Shown: positions 39,998 to 52,038 of the stretch, piece by piece
Layout of the letters: each line of letters starts with the position of its first letter
Numbering within the stretch: the first letter of the stretch is position 1
Source: Trypanosoma brucei
Taxonomy: Eukaryota
Length of the DNA: 64,000 nt
Assembly (NCBI GenBank): GCA_000002445.1
Contig: CM000208.1
Coordinates: 992,001-1,056,000, forward strand
Direction: 5' to 3'
Notes under the pieces: generated by a model
Seen by the model: only the letters and a program-made list of their open reading frames with translations
What the model was told of the DNA's origin: nothing
The model's database searches: none
Translations under genes and position numbers: made by a program

Positions 39998-42219
39998 TTA
40001 TATAAGTACGCTTTCGCCCCTGGGAAGTGTGTCCTCCATTGCTCGCAGTCGCTCAGGTTCCAGAAGTTTGGCAACGTAAGCAACTGCCTCGTGAAAGTCG
40101 TGCGTGCGTCCAGAGATACGGCAAAATCGAACTAGTGTATATTCAAAGGCCCCGGAAGAAAGTAGTACATCAATAGTACATGTGCCAGTCACTTGGTTCT
40201 TTGGGGTTGGGCCACTACCATAAGCGATCGTGCGTTGTGGTGGGGAGACGCTGCCTGCTTTGAGGGATTCCGCCCACCGTGACGATTCCTCGTAGCTTGA
40301 AGCCAAATTACCATGATGAGCATCATTCACATTGGAATACTGGCCAGCATGACCTGTGGAATGGGGTAGCATGGGAATGGATGATGTACAGAAGCTGCTA
40401 CCCAACAGGGCGTTGTGTGAGAGGTCTTTCGGTGTCAAAAAACACCCTTCAGATTCGATAGCTGGTGGCGTCGCCGACATGGTCAATGGAGTGGTTTGCG
40501 CAGCCGATTTTCCAACATAGCAGAAGGAATAAACACGTTCCACATCAGACATGTTCACTACATCACGGATTAAGACAAGACGGTCGGCATGTTTCATCAG
40601 CTTTTTCACGATGTTATCCCAGACACCCGACACAAAGACACCGCGCCGAACACTCTCTCTCAACTCACAGTATCGATACAACGCAGCTAAATTTGTTGCT
40701 GCGGCAAGTTTCCGGCCCATTGGATGCCGAACAAGCATGTCACGGCTCACCACACCTTTGAGGAACATACGGAATGTTATTTCACCACGGTTTCCCACCT
40801 CGTGCTCATCAAAGAAGCGGATTAGACTTCGAATCTCTTCATCGTTTACGTCAGTTTGGCACCGCTCGAAGAGGCGCTTCAATTGATTCATGTCAATAAC
40901 ACCTGTGTGAAGTTCGTCTACGCAATCAAAGGCAGTGCGCACCTGCCGTACTACCTTTCGCTCAACACCATCCATCTCCGTATCAATGATTTTGGGAAGC
41001 TGAAAGTCGTCGCTGTGTTTAAACGAGGAGTGTGCGAGGTCCCTGATGACCCATGCGTCGTGAAACTGTTTGAAGGTAACAAACATGCTATCTTTCTTTC
41101 CAGTAAAGAGGTGAACAAGCTCCGACACTCCCTCCGCACTCACCTTCTTACCGTGTAGGGTGGTTAGCATATCCCGTAGCTGATCTCGTGTTATATCTCC
41201 GTAACCATCAATGTTAATTTTTTTAAACGCCTTTCGTATCGCGGCCTCCTCTTGCTCAGTTGCACGGTGCTGCGTGGAGAAATCCAGAAACGCAGCACCG
41301 CGTTTTAACTCGGGGCGGTGGGGGAAGAGGTCAGCTTTGATATCTACAACAAACCACTCGCTTTCAAGTATTTGCGATATGCTCGGTCGCTCTGTCGGCT
41401 CTAAGGCAAGCATCCCACGCACCAGTGACCGAGCCCCAGGGGTGAGACGCGCCTCCTCCTCCTCCGTGAAGGAAAAGCTACCCATCTGAATGAGGTGCAA
41501 CGTCTCCTCATCATCTCGGCCGGAGAAGGGAAGTCGACCCGTAAGCATGAAGAAGAGAATAATACCCGCACACCAGAGGTCTTGCTGAAACACATCTACA
41601 GCGAGAGAACCGGTGGTGCGTGTCACCATCTCTGGGGAAGTGTAGTGCAGAGTCCCGATGGGTTGCAGGGTCTCATTTGGAGAGCCATCGTCTCCATCTT
41701 CCCCTTCTGTTCGATATTTGCTGCAGAAACCAAAGTCGCATACCAATAACCGATTATCTTTGCCAAGTAACAAATTCTCCGCCTTTAGATCTCTGTGGGC
41801 GACGCCGTTACTGTGGCAGTAGTCTATAGCAGACATGAGTTGCTGAAAGTACAATCGGGCCGTTGCTTCACGGAAATATTTCTCAGCAATGACAAGATCG
41901 AACAACTCCCCGCATTCAGCAAGCTCCATGATTAGGTAGAAAGCGGAGGTACTCTGCAGAAACTTGTATAACTTCACCACGTGCGGGTGCTCTAAAGACT
42001 GCATGACGGTGGCTTCCTGAATGATTAGTGATTCAGAGCCCATCAAGTAATTATTCGGTATTATCTTCATCGCAAAACACTCTCCGGACGGGACATACTT
42101 GACGAGAAATACCGAAGCGTAACCTCCTTCACCAAGTCGCTGACTGGCGACATAATCCTTCAGCACCACCTTCTCGTCCTGCAGGAGCGACGAACCGGTG
42201 AATTCGGTCGTTGAGGTCA
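39998..42219 (-). CDS. Ser/Thr protein kinase (CAMK-like), 740 aa from the first ATG. The N-terminal kinase domain is followed by a long C-terminal region with degenerate EF-hand-like loops.
   Basis: The track ORF starts at a GTG (42271); the first ATG is at 42219..42217 (MTSTTEF...). Kinase motifs: LGEGGYASV, AMK, HRDLKAENLLL, DFGFC, TLHYTSPE. The C-terminal loops NIDGYGDITRDQL and DELHTGVIDMNQL are only partly EF-hand-like. Confidence 0.8.
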
Positions 42220-42683
42220 TTCGCCCCCCCCCCCAAAAAAAGAAAGAATTAAAACACCCACAAACAAGCACGCAAGCGATCCGTTAAACTCAGCTAGCCA
42301 ACAACGAATAAATCCTCAAACAAAAACAAAACACGAATTTACGGAAACAAAATAAAAAAGGGAATGATAATAATCGTAACAACAGTCGTACTAGTAGTAA
42401 ACGTAACTGCAATTACTATAAAGAAAAGAAAGAAGAGAAAGAGAGGGGAAACAAATCCCACTAACTTCTTCCGTGTCCCTTTTTGAGTTGCGTATTATAC
42501 TCTCCAGTAAAAATAGGAAAGCGTATGCTTATATAAATATGTATACTCGTTACTGACGTCAATTTATTTTATTTTGTGTGTTCTGCCCTGCTTGTTACAA
42601 TTGGCACCGCACGCCCTCTTCTCCCTCCTTCTCTTCACAAACACAACCGCCGCAGGCACCCACTTCTGGAAAATACGAAATCA

Positions 42684-42707
42684 ATATATATATATATATA
42701 TATATAT
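42684..42707. repeat. (AT)12 microsatellite
   Basis: tcaatatatatatatatatatatatatgaa. Confidence 0.9.
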
Positions 42708-43728
42708 GAAATCCTCCGTAGTCCTGTTAATGTGCTTCTCCAGTACTTCCACTGTTTTATTTACAACTATCCTTGTATATTTCCCCCCTTCCCTAATGGT
42801 AATGACACCAAAAATAATGAAAACAACTTTAAATTATTTGTCCACCCCTTTCCCCCCTTTTCCTTTACCTCTTTAAAATATCGCTAATGCCGTGTCAAGT
42901 GATGAAGCTACTGCCTGGCAGACAAACAGCGACAAACACTTCTCACGCCGTAAGCGCGAATGTGCAATCGGCTGACTGCTCCATTTGATAATGTTGTTTA
43001 ATTGCATATGATAAAATTCGACCCCGTATTTCCCAACGAAAAGGGGGTGAAGGGAGATCGCGCAACGAAGAAAATAATAAGAAAATAAAGCAGCAAAAAA
43101 AAAAAAAGAAAGAAGAAGTGAAGAGATATAGGAGACGATAAATCAAGAACATAATCAGTGACTGCAACAACAAACGTTCGCGGAAGCAACCCGCACCGAC
43201 AAATGCAATAAAGCTAATAGTTATAACAGCAATACTATCGCACCACATCATATTACATTTAAAAATAACAAAAGAAGGGACTTTGAAATCGCTCCGCAAT
43301 TAGTGTAGTGTTATGTTTCTTCCCATCCACAGAGGACCAAAGGATAATAAAAGCAAAGACATTTTTTTTCTTATTTATCCCTTTTCCTTTAACTGCTTTC
43401 CTCCTTACATGTCAAGCCGAAAGCGGAAATGGAGTGCGGAGGAGGGAAAGCTATTGGTACATAACAAACTCAAGACATTCATCAGCTCTCACTAAACATC
43501 CCCAACAAGAGAATATCAATTAATACGTTCCCACAACTGCAACGATTCTACAAAGTAAAAAAAAACAAGGTAGAAAGGGGAGGGTGAAATAAGGCAATGA
43601 TGGTTCGAAATAAATAATTAATAAAAAGAAAATGAAATACTCGGCGACGCACAAAAAAAAACGCGAGTGGATACGTGTATATGTGTAAAAAGGAAGTCAA
43701 AGATGTACAAAGTTGTTCAGTGCCCAAA

Positions 43729-44005
43729 ACACACACACACACACACAAAAGAAAAGAGAAAAGCACCAGCGAAACTAACTTGTTCCCAACGCACAATCAA
43801 CACACCAATTCGAAGTTAAAAGACACTAAACGATGATGGCAAGGTAACACCAACAGGACGGCTCGCTCCATTTCTAATGAAAAACTAAGGTTCAAACATG
43901 ACACTACGGAACAAGCCCGTGTCTTCTCTCTTTTCCTCCCACTTCATGCTCAGCTCGCTCAGCTACACAGTCACTCACTCACATGCAAGCAAAGGTGTAT
44001 ACACC

Positions 44006-44035
<30 letters not shown>
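43729..44035. repeat. Microsatellites (AC)9 at 43729..43746 and (TA)13 at 44009..44035
   Basis: aaaacacacacacacacacacaaaa; caatatatatatatatatatatatatataattat. Confidence 0.9.
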
Positions 44036-44039
<4 letters not shown>

Positions 44040-44197
44040 TATATACATGGATGCAAACCACCAACGCAAACAAGAAAAATTACACCGCAACATTTATTGG
44101 TAGTCCTTTTGGGGTAATACAACCGCAACAGTGTCAGTGGTGTCGATATTTACGTTCCACAAAACTCCATACGCACACACTAAAACGCTCAGTGCCC

Positions 44198-45637
44198 TCA
44201 CAATAAGTGACTGCTGAAATTCTTTCGGTACCGTGCCAATAGTCTCTCCCGTTGTTTATGACGATTCATACTTCCTAGGAGGAGCAAAAAAGTGAACAAC
44301 TTTTGCGCATCCAGCAACCCCTGTCCACAAGGATTAACATACCAGCGCATGAGACTCACATGTGTACTGTATAATGCATCATCCTCTTCAAGAAGCATTA
44401 ATACATACAACACCACACACACACCAGAGAAAGTCTGCTGCAACACATAATAGACACCAACACCCCCAACATGCACGGCGCCAGAAAGGGAAAAGAAGCC
44501 CATCAACATTTCTACACGCTCATCATTAGTCGACAGACGCACGGTTCCGTAATATCCACCACCAATAAAGGGAAAGAGCAGCACAGATAACAGGGCACTT
44601 AAACCATAACCAACCATGTGAAGCGTCACACAACTGGCCACATACCCCGCTGCGGTTCCAAGAAAGAAGAGGAGTTGGTATTTCCTCAAAATAACAAGTG
44701 CTGCAACGGAAATTGTGTGAAGTATAGGAAGAATATACCACCGCACCCGAAGTTTGGACAACACACCACCGTCAGCGTGCTTCGGCTTCGAGGCATCATC
44801 AACATTCGACCTCATAAAACCGAGTATCATCAACCGCCATCTATTTCCTCTCGTCTCCAAATGAAGCGAACTCGCTTCCACTCCGAAGGGATAAACAGGA
44901 TCACTACCACCACGCCTTTGTGACTTGTGATCAGCAATGCCCTTCAGGTCATGCAATTCATGTGGAACAGAAGGAATCCGCAATTTCAACCCCCTCCACC
45001 CATCACATAAATCACTATGTGAAACACATTTATCATGTCTGCAATGACTAGTGCCCTCTCCATAGTAGTCACTCATGGCGAAGAGCAACACATCGCAAAA
45101 ACTCATAAGAGTCGCGTAGAGGACCTGAGAGGGTCGAAAGTATTGAGTGAGGCAGTTGGAGACAAGTGAAAGGTAATTTATCAGGGCAGTTGCGGCAAAA
45201 GCATTTACCGGTATGCCGAACAGCTGCCCGAGAGCATCATCTGAACAGTGACCACAAGGTTTACTATCGGTTAGGGATTCACTAACATGTGTCTCACTAC
45301 AACCACCTTTTGCAGCGGATGGAGACGCACTACGGTTCATAGTAACGTCATTGCTTTGAAGAACCTCCGGCATGCTGTTGTGTCTTCCGTCACTCACCGT
45401 ATCTTTTGCTACGGTGCTGTGTCCCACGTAGTTGCCTACAAACGAGGTGCCACAGTTTCCCGTCTTTTTCAGCGAAGGCACGGTGCAGGGACACGCGGAC
45501 TTATTTGCAAACAACTTGATCCGGCAGGCAATAGCCAATAAGCAACTAAGGACAATGGACACATCTAAGGTGAGTGCATAGGTGGGGGAATACATTAGAA
45601 ATGAAGTGAAACCACTGACGTCATCTGATCGCTTCAT
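44198..45637 (-). CDS. Hypothetical multi-pass membrane protein, 479 aa from the first ATG
   Basis: The track ORF starts at a TTG (45733); the first ATG is at 45637..45635 (MKRSDDVSG...). Several roughly 20-aa hydrophobic segments, for example TLDVSIVLSCLLAIA, ALVILRKYQLLFFLGTAAGYVASCV and LSALLSVLLFPFIGGGYYG. Confidence 0.45.
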   Translation of the reverse strand: MKRSDDVSGFTSFLMYSPTYALTLDVSIVLSCLLAIACRIKLFANKSACPCTVPSLKKTGNCGTSFVGNYVGHSTVAKDTVSDGRHNSMPEVLQSNDVTMNRSASPSAAKGGCSETHVSESLTDSKPCGHCSDDALGQLFGIPVNAFAATALINYLSLVSNCLTQYFRPSQVLYATLMSFCDVLLFAMSDYYGEGTSHCRHDKCVSHSDLCDGWRGLKLRIPSVPHELHDLKGIADHKSQRRGGSDPVYPFGVEASSLHLETRGNRWRLMILGFMRSNVDDASKPKHADGGVLSKLRVRWYILPILHTISVAALVILRKYQLLFFLGTAAGYVASCVTLHMVGYGLSALLSVLLFPFIGGGYYGTVRLSTNDERVEMLMGFFSLSGAVHVGGVGVYYVLQQTFSGVCVVLYVLMLLEEDDALYSTHVSLMRWYVNPCGQGLLDAQKLFTFLLLLGSMNRHKQRERLLARYRKNFSSHLL

Positions 45638-47158
45638 CTTTTTACACAACGGTGATAGACATACATACCACCAGATGTGGATGCAACACCCACACACACA
45701 CAAAAAGGGGGCATAAAAGTGGGGAGAAGCCAAATTGTATTGGGAAGAATATGAAGATCAAGGTAAGGGGAAAAATATCGAGAGATAAAACATGAACTGA
45801 CAATGAATCAGAGCCACGGGGCGACATAGATGGTTAAAAGGGAAGCACCACACAAATTATCCAGTTACATGCAACAGCTCCTTCGGGTAATCGATACGTT
45901 ATATTGACGACGGGGTAAAACTGCAAAAGAGACAATAATCCAAAGAAAAATAACACACTTACCTGCTTATGATCGTTTCGAACATCAAATAAAAAGGATC
46001 AAAACCGCACTGACGATGAAGCGGGTGCTGTCATATGGGCACACGCCATGGAACGCCCATCCCCTTAGGGCTTCAACGAGGTTAAATCCTCATGCACTTA
46101 CACGCTATAAATTGCTGTCCACACCGGCTACGCCCCCCTTTGACTTATATTATTACTATTCAGTATTGGGAAGTGGGAGATAGTTGCTATACTTCATTCC
46201 TTTACTCACTAATAAGTACGTGTTCCCAGTGACCTACTCAAAACATGCACCCGGGGATTGCTCGGCAACGGGAGAAGGAAGAAGGAAAACAAAAAAAATC
46301 ATATGAAGGAATAGATGAATACAAATTATAAAACGCACCGGAGAGAGAAAGAGAGATATAGAAAGAGGTAGAAAAGAAGCAGTAAAAATGAAACAAGGAG
46401 AAAAGTGGGTTTAATAAATCGTCACCATTACATAAAAATGAACCGCTATCGAAAGAATTCGGGCGATTGAGATTGAAAAGGACTATAACGCCAAAGAGCA
46501 CTCCGTGCACGCAGTTTGCTGCGGTGGTCTTGCAACTTCGCTCTTAGGTTTCCCTTATTCACTCAATCAAGTCCCGCCCTAAAACATATCACCACCATCC
46601 ACGTTACCCGCAAGAAACCAACAACGATATTGCATACATTCACAACCAGCAGCAAAAACAGAGACTGTAGACAAAAAAAGGAAAAATCTGACTATTGCTT
46701 TCCTTTTTAACCCTGCTTCATTTTATCATTTTGCTTTCTCCCCCCCCGTGTATACGTCTGTTTTGCATGGAGGAGCGGTGGTCAAGTTGGAAGAGGGAAG
46801 GATAAAACAAAAGGATATAAGCATGCGTATAATAGTGGGTTTCCTTCCCTCATTTCTTCCTTAACTCATCTTCTCCACCATCAACACTTACTTGATTACT
46901 TCTTCAGGGAGACAAATTTCGTTATATTAAACTATAGCACCACTTTTGTTGTTCTTGCTCTCGTTTAATTCAGTTCAACCCCACCAACCCAAACTCCTTT
47001 TCACACATATACAGATACAATACACTGAACATACCCAAGCTCTCTCATCCCCTAGATGACTTATCCCTTTCGTTACGTTGCCTCGTCATCCCAGCCTTTC
47101 CTCTTTTAAAAACAAAAAAAAAAAAAGAAAAAGCAAAAAGAAAGGAAAGAAAGGAAAG

Positions 47159-47161
<3 letters not shown>

Positions 47162-47203
<42 letters not shown>

Positions 47204-47240
47204 CTTTCTTTCTCTTTTTCCCTTCTTTTTCTTTCTTTCT
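47162..47240. repeat. (CT)15 microsatellite followed by a (TTTC)n-like run
   Basis: actctctctctctctctctctctctctctctttctttctttctctttctttctctttttc. Confidence 0.9.
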
Positions 47241-48084
47241 TTTGTTTTGTTTTTTTTTTGCCACCGCCAGTGTCATTTTATTGATGTTGTCCTCCATTTT
47301 TTTTCTTTTCCCTGTTTCACGCGAGTTGATGTACCAACTAAGAGGTGGTGAAACTGACATGAAGGCAAATGTAAACAGAAAAGGGGGAAAAGCCGCTCAG
47401 CAACACTAAAAAATGCGGTATAATAAAACCCACAAACAAATAAATAAATAGGAAGAAAAAAAAAGAAGAAAGTGTTATGATACCTGTGGAAGAAGCAAAG
47501 AGTATCATTACATGCTTATTTATTCCTATGATACATCACATGTTTTCCCCTCTAAGGTATAAGTACAAAATGTAGTAGGAAAACATGGCTCAAGTTGAAT
47601 AATCACGACCACATTTTTTTTTGGCAAACTAAACGAAAACGGCCGACATCTTCCGCCACCTCCATGTTTTTTTTTTACGACTACCACACCCACTTCGCTT
47701 CCAACTCAGTGCCAACAAACACAAAATCTAAAGCAAAATAGTAACGGTAATCAACAACGATTCAAAAAAAAAAAAGAACATACAAAAAGATACAATAAGT
47801 GAGCAGAAATGGGTACACATGAAATGCCGCACATGGGACCAAAACATGAGGAGGTAAAAAGGAAAACACAATTATTTATTTTTGTGGATTTACATATGAT
47901 AGACGGGTTCACTTCAGTGGATGAGAAATGAAGAGAAAAGTGACATGTTCCCCCAGAAAAAAAAGGTGGAAAAAGAAAAAGGGGGTATCATAGCAATAGC
48001 CGCGTAAAACACACTCGCGGGTGTAGTCACTTTATTTTATATGTGAAACACACTCAAACACCACCATCAACACAAATATACGTA

Positions 48085-48118
<34 letters not shown>
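48085..48118. repeat. Compound microsatellite (TA)10(GA)7
   Basis: aatatatatatatatatatatagagagagagagagaaa. Confidence 0.9.
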
Positions 48119-48462
48119 AACATAATCCGCAAACGGAGATTCAATATTTCATACATTCAATTTATGATAAAGAGCAAGGGTACGCAGCCAGAGTATACTT
48201 CCTACAATAAATACGGTGCAACAAGGTTGGGAGAGGCACATTCCTTACCCATATCTGACTGTGTAAAGTTGAGTTTCATCGCTCCACGAAACGCATTTCT
48301 TCGCTTACCACTGCGCCCCAAAAACTAAAGAAGTTGCGTCGATTACAAATACGGACAGTCGGTTGTACACCATGGCGGCAACCATCAACAATACTCTCAC
48401 GTGTGTCCTCTTTTTTTTAAAAAAAAAAAACAACGGTGACTTGGATTATGAGGAGTTCTTTA

Positions 48463-49929
48463 CTACCTTCCGACTAACCACGTCATCTCATCCGCGTAAA
48501 CGCAATTGATGTTAGTCGTTTCATCATACGGCTTGCACACTTGATGAGTAGCGCGAGCGGGGTAGCGGATGCCAAATGTAACGCCTTTGCCTTGCTCCAC
48601 GCCTTCAGCAATGGTACCATTCTTGACATTATACATTAATTTCGAAGACTCTTGCCCCTTAAGATATGCACTTTTGTTGTAATCACCACGATAAAACACC
48701 GTACTTCGACCTGGCGACAGCGGCCTGATGTTGTAGAAGTTGGAACCGGTGCTTGTTTGGTCACAAAACCTCTTAGCCGCTCCGAAACCTGGAATACAGA
48801 AGGATTTGACGGGCTTCACAGCATCAATGTTGGGATTGTACATGGGGCCACCACCGGTGACGGCAACTTCTCGTGATTTCATAAGAGCCTTAGCAGCGGC
48901 ATGCAAATCATACGGATGTTGTGCAAAGCGACCGCCTCTAACTCTGTGTGGCACTTTAGAGAGATCATACGAGCCAGGTCCAACTACATCACTCGTAGAC
49001 GGTACCAACAAAACGAAGGAACGAGGTCCGAAGCTAACTCCTTTACTGTACGTGTAGTCAAAGTCAGATGGCAGGTTACCGTCTGAAACGGGCTCTTCCT
49101 TCACAACTTCGGCCTCACTCTTTGGTGTTCGCACCGTCGGTTCACGGAATATCGGTGTGCGTGTCACCGTCTTCGTCATGATGCGGCTCACATCCCCATA
49201 TTGGGCAGGTCCCGGGCCACGGTGAATAGCAACGGAGGGAGTGGGTGGGCGAACACCGAAGGTGGGTACGTCAACGATGAACCGCTTTGTCCTTGCAATG
49301 CGTGCGGCAATTGTAGTGGGGTCGTCATAACTCCCTGGTCCAGGACCCGTATCCGTTTTATGCTTCCTCTCAATGGCTGTAATTATTTCCCTCCCCTTAG
49401 GCTTTTCGTCGCCAAATCGGGGCACATCATATGTTGCGGGTCCCGGTACGATGTCGCGGGTGGTTAGCAGTTTTGTCCGCTTTCCAAACGTCGGTCCCTT
49501 CCCTGGGGCTCCAAAAGTGGAAGGAAAATCATAGTCACCTGGTCCTGCCAAATTAACCGGCGTGATATCCTTTAATTTCCCGTAAATAGAGAACGCGGGA
49601 GCATCAGCTAAGTATTTCTTCGTTTCGCTTACGCTGCGTATGGCCGCTCTACCCTTTGACGCGCTGCGTGAAGGCCTCTTAGGCGAAACGCGATCGGCAT
49701 TTCCTGGAACAGCTGCAACCGGTGGGCGGAGGATTGTCGAGCGGCAGTCTCCAATAGTTGATGGTATACAGTATTGGCCCGGACCTACCCCAGAACCCGA
49801 CTGCCGTATCGGATATTTTCCAAGAATTGAGCGTTTTGGTGCATCAGAAACGGTTAGGTCGTAATTCATCGGCCCAGGGCGATGGTCGCGTAGCCGAAGG
49901 TGCGCCCACTCAGTGAACCCACCGACCAT
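48463..49929 (-). CDS. STPGR/SHIPPO-repeat protein (sperm-tail PG-rich repeat family), likely flagellar, 488 aa from an internal ATG
   Basis: Many PGPG-x-Y/F units: GPGQYC, GPGDYDFP, GPATYDVP, GPGPGSYDDP, GPGPAQYG, GPGSYDL. The track ORF begins at an ATG (50187) that overlaps the RPS3A-1 stop, and its first 86 codons translate 3'UTR-like low complexity. I place the start at ATG 49929..49927 (MVGGFTEW...); this start is uncertain. Confidence 0.6.
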   Translation of the reverse strand: MVGGFTEWAHLRLRDHRPGPMNYDLTVSDAPKRSILGKYPIRQSGSGVGPGQYCIPSTIGDCRSTILRPPVAAVPGNADRVSPKRPSRSASKGRAAIRSVSETKKYLADAPAFSIYGKLKDITPVNLAGPGDYDFPSTFGAPGKGPTFGKRTKLLTTRDIVPGPATYDVPRFGDEKPKGREIITAIERKHKTDTGPGPGSYDDPTTIAARIARTKRFIVDVPTFGVRPPTPSVAIHRGPGPAQYGDVSRIMTKTVTRTPIFREPTVRTPKSEAEVVKEEPVSDGNLPSDFDYTYSKGVSFGPRSFVLLVPSTSDVVGPGSYDLSKVPHRVRGGRFAQHPYDLHAAAKALMKSREVAVTGGGPMYNPNIDAVKPVKSFCIPGFGAAKRFCDQTSTGSNFYNIRPLSPGRSTVFYRGDYNKSAYLKGQESSKLMYNVKNGTIAEGVEQGKGVTFGIRYPARATHQVCKPYDETTNINCVYADEMTWLVGR

Positions 49930-50186
49930 TGCTACTATCTCCCTTTTTTTCACAAAAAAAAATCTCTTGTCAATCTCCAACTCCTTTCTTCGGCCGTAAT
50001 GGAAACATGAAAGAAAAGGGGGGGAAATTGTGGGACATTGACGCTGAGACCGATACACTAAACAATGACTTAAGGACAGTTCAACAGTAAAGATAAAAAA
50101 GGGGCGCCTTTTCAAACATACAAAAATCAGAACATAAGTAAAATTATTTAAAATTAGCGGGCACAACACACACCAACAGCCAAGCA

Positions 50187-50957
50187 TTAAGCAGTCTCCT
50201 CCTGCGCCTCTTCAACAACGCGTGCCTCGCCCTCAGCGGATGTGGGAACTTCACCGTGAGCGGCAATGAGGGCCTGAGCGTCGAACTTGGGTGTACGAAT
50301 AACCTTCACCTTGCGGATGCGCAGGTCACGCAGCGGAATGATCGGGTTGCAACGTTTCGCCAAACGGTCACGCAGAATGTTGCGGGTCAGCAAAGACACA
50401 GCATCGTTGATGTCCAACTTGGCCAGGCGCCGGCGAATGATGTTGGTAGCGCGCATGCGCACCCACTTCACCAGGCGTGTCTTGGCATAACAGTTCTTCG
50501 ACAGCTGATTCTCCTGCTTCTTGGTGAACGCAATCAAAAAGAGGCGGAGACCATAACCATCGGCAGTTTTCGCCTCTACGGTAGCCTCAATTGTTGTGCA
50601 CCACTTGCGCAGAAGGTAATAAACACGATCAGAGGTCATGTCCATCCCGTGAAACTGGGTCAGTAAGTTGCGACCTTGCACCTCTTGAACAGTGAACTTC
50701 ACCTTGCGGTAAGCATCGTCTTCATTCTGAGTTTTGTTCAGATCAGCCAAGTTACCCTCGTACACACGACCGCGCAGGAAATCTGCGGCAACCTTGGTAC
50801 CCTGCGTTTTGTTGCAAATGGTCTTGGCGAACTGACGCACCTCGAAGTTCTTGGGCGCAACTACGTCATACCATTCCTTGCGGCTCATCGCCTCCTGCGC
50901 CTTCTTCTTGCCGCGCTTCCCGCCCTTGCTGATGCGCTTATTCTTCCCGAGAGTCAT
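50187..50957 (-). CDS. RPS3A: 40S ribosomal protein S3a (eS1), copy 1, 256 aa
   Basis: [19 protein letters not shown]...[10 protein letters not shown]...[22 protein letters not shown]...[12 protein letters not shown]...DGYGLRLF aligns with human RPS3A (MAVGKNKRLTKGGKKG...[22 protein letters not shown]...TNFHGMDLTRD...DGYLLRLF). ATG verified at 50957..50955; the track ORF has a spurious upstream extension. Confidence 0.92.
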   Translation of the reverse strand: MTLGKNKRISKGGKRGKKKAQEAMSRKEWYDVVAPKNFEVRQFAKTICNKTQGTKVAADFLRGRVYEGNLADLNKTQNEDDAYRKVKFTVQEVQGRNLLTQFHGMDMTSDRVYYLLRKWCTTIEATVEAKTADGYGLRLFLIAFTKKQENQLSKNCYAKTRLVKWVRMRATNIIRRRLAKLDINDAVSLLTRNILRDRLAKRCNPIIPLRDLRIRKVKVIRTPKFDAQALIAAHGEVPTSAEGEARVVEEAQEETA

Positions 50958-51267
50958 GGCTGCCTCAAAGAGAGTCGAGTGTGTAGGTGCTTCATGTAAC
51001 ACAAAAATTATCGAAAATGTAAAGAAAAAAAGGGGAAAGAAACATAAATTGAACAAAAACATGACATGTCATGACACGACTGGCAAAGACCACAAATATG
51101 AAGGAGAGAGAGCACCCGACACGGGCCTATCGCCCCTAGTCCTGACAACAGTAACGTATTGGTAGAGAAGAAAATGAAAAAGAACAACACATGGCACAAA
51201 AAAGCCAATGAGAGAAAACATATGGATACCAGTGCCAACGCTGGAACTGCATACCGGCAGCCAAGCA

Positions 51268-52038
51268 TTAAGCAGTCTCCTCCTGCGCCTCTTCAACAAC
51301 GCGTGCCTCGCCCTCAGCGGATGTGGGAACTTCACCGTGAGCTGCAATGAGGGCCTGAGCGTCGAACTTGGGTGTACGAATAACCTTCACCTTGCGGATG
51401 CGCAGGTCACGCAGCGGAATGATCGGGTTGCAACGTTTCGCCAAACGGTCACGCAGAATGTTGCGGGTCAGCAAAGACACAGCATCGTTGATGTCCAACT
51501 TGGCCAGGCGCCGGCGAATGATGTTGGTAGCGCGCATGCGCACCCACTTTACCAGGCGTGTCTTGGCATAACAGTTCTTCGACAGCTGATTCTCCTGCTT
51601 CTTGGTGAACGCAATCAAAAAGAGGCGGAGACCATAACCATCGGCAGTTTTCGCCTCTACGGTAGCCTCAATTGTTGTGCACCACTTGCGCAGAAGGTAA
51701 TAAACACGATCAGAGGTCATGTCCATCCCGTGAAACTGGGTCAGTAAGTTGCGACCTTGCACCTCTTGAACAGTGAACTTCACCTTGCGGTAAGCATCGT
51801 CTTCATTCTGAGTTTTGTTCAGATCAGCCAAGTTACCCTCGTACACACGACCGCGCAGGAAATCTGCGGCAATCTTGGTACCCTGCGTTTTGTTGCAAAT
51901 GGTCTTGGCGAACTGACGCACCTCGAAGTTCTTGGGCGCAACTACGTCATACCATTCCTTGCGGCTCATCGCCTCCTGCGCCTTCTTCTTGCCGCGCTTC
52001 CCGCCCTTGCTGATGCGCTTATTCTTCCCAAGAGTCAT
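51268..52038 (-). CDS. RPS3A: 40S ribosomal protein S3a (eS1), copy 2, 256 aa. It differs from copy 1 by one residue (V to I) and three synonymous nucleotides.
   Basis: Same as copy 1. ATG at 52038..52036. Differences from copy 1 that I saw: GTT/ATT (V/I at GTK[V/I]AADF), GTG/GTA, CTC/CTT and GCC/GCA. Confidence 0.92.
   Translation of the reverse strand: MTLGKNKRISKGGKRGKKKAQEAMSRKEWYDVVAPKNFEVRQFAKTICNKTQGTKIAADFLRGRVYEGNLADLNKTQNEDDAYRKVKFTVQEVQGRNLLTQFHGMDMTSDRVYYLLRKWCTTIEATVEAKTADGYGLRLFLIAFTKKQENQLSKNCYAKTRLVKWVRMRATNIIRRRLAKLDINDAVSLLTRNILRDRLAKRCNPIIPLRDLRIRKVKVIRTPKFDAQALIAAHGEVPTSAEGEARVVEEAQEETA

Noticed and set aside
43590-43620. tRNA T-loop-like ggttcgaaat
   Set aside because: There is no acceptor or anticodon stem context, and the surroundings are A-rich simple sequence.
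48463-50187. N-terminal extensions created by the track's GTG/TTG/overlapping-ATG starts (for example the STPGR gene from 50187, the kinase from 42271, the WD40 giant from 31504, RPS3A from 51062 and 52122)
   Set aside because: The extensions translate UTR-like low-complexity sequence. The first in-frame ATG was located by reading the reverse complement, and that ATG restores a sensible N-terminus, for example MTLGKNKR for S3a.
50256-51747. Plus-strand ORFs 50256..50666 and 50287..50490, duplicated at 51368..51571 and within 51208..51747
   Set aside because: They are antisense to the two RPS3A copies and appear twice only because the RPS3A gene is duplicated.
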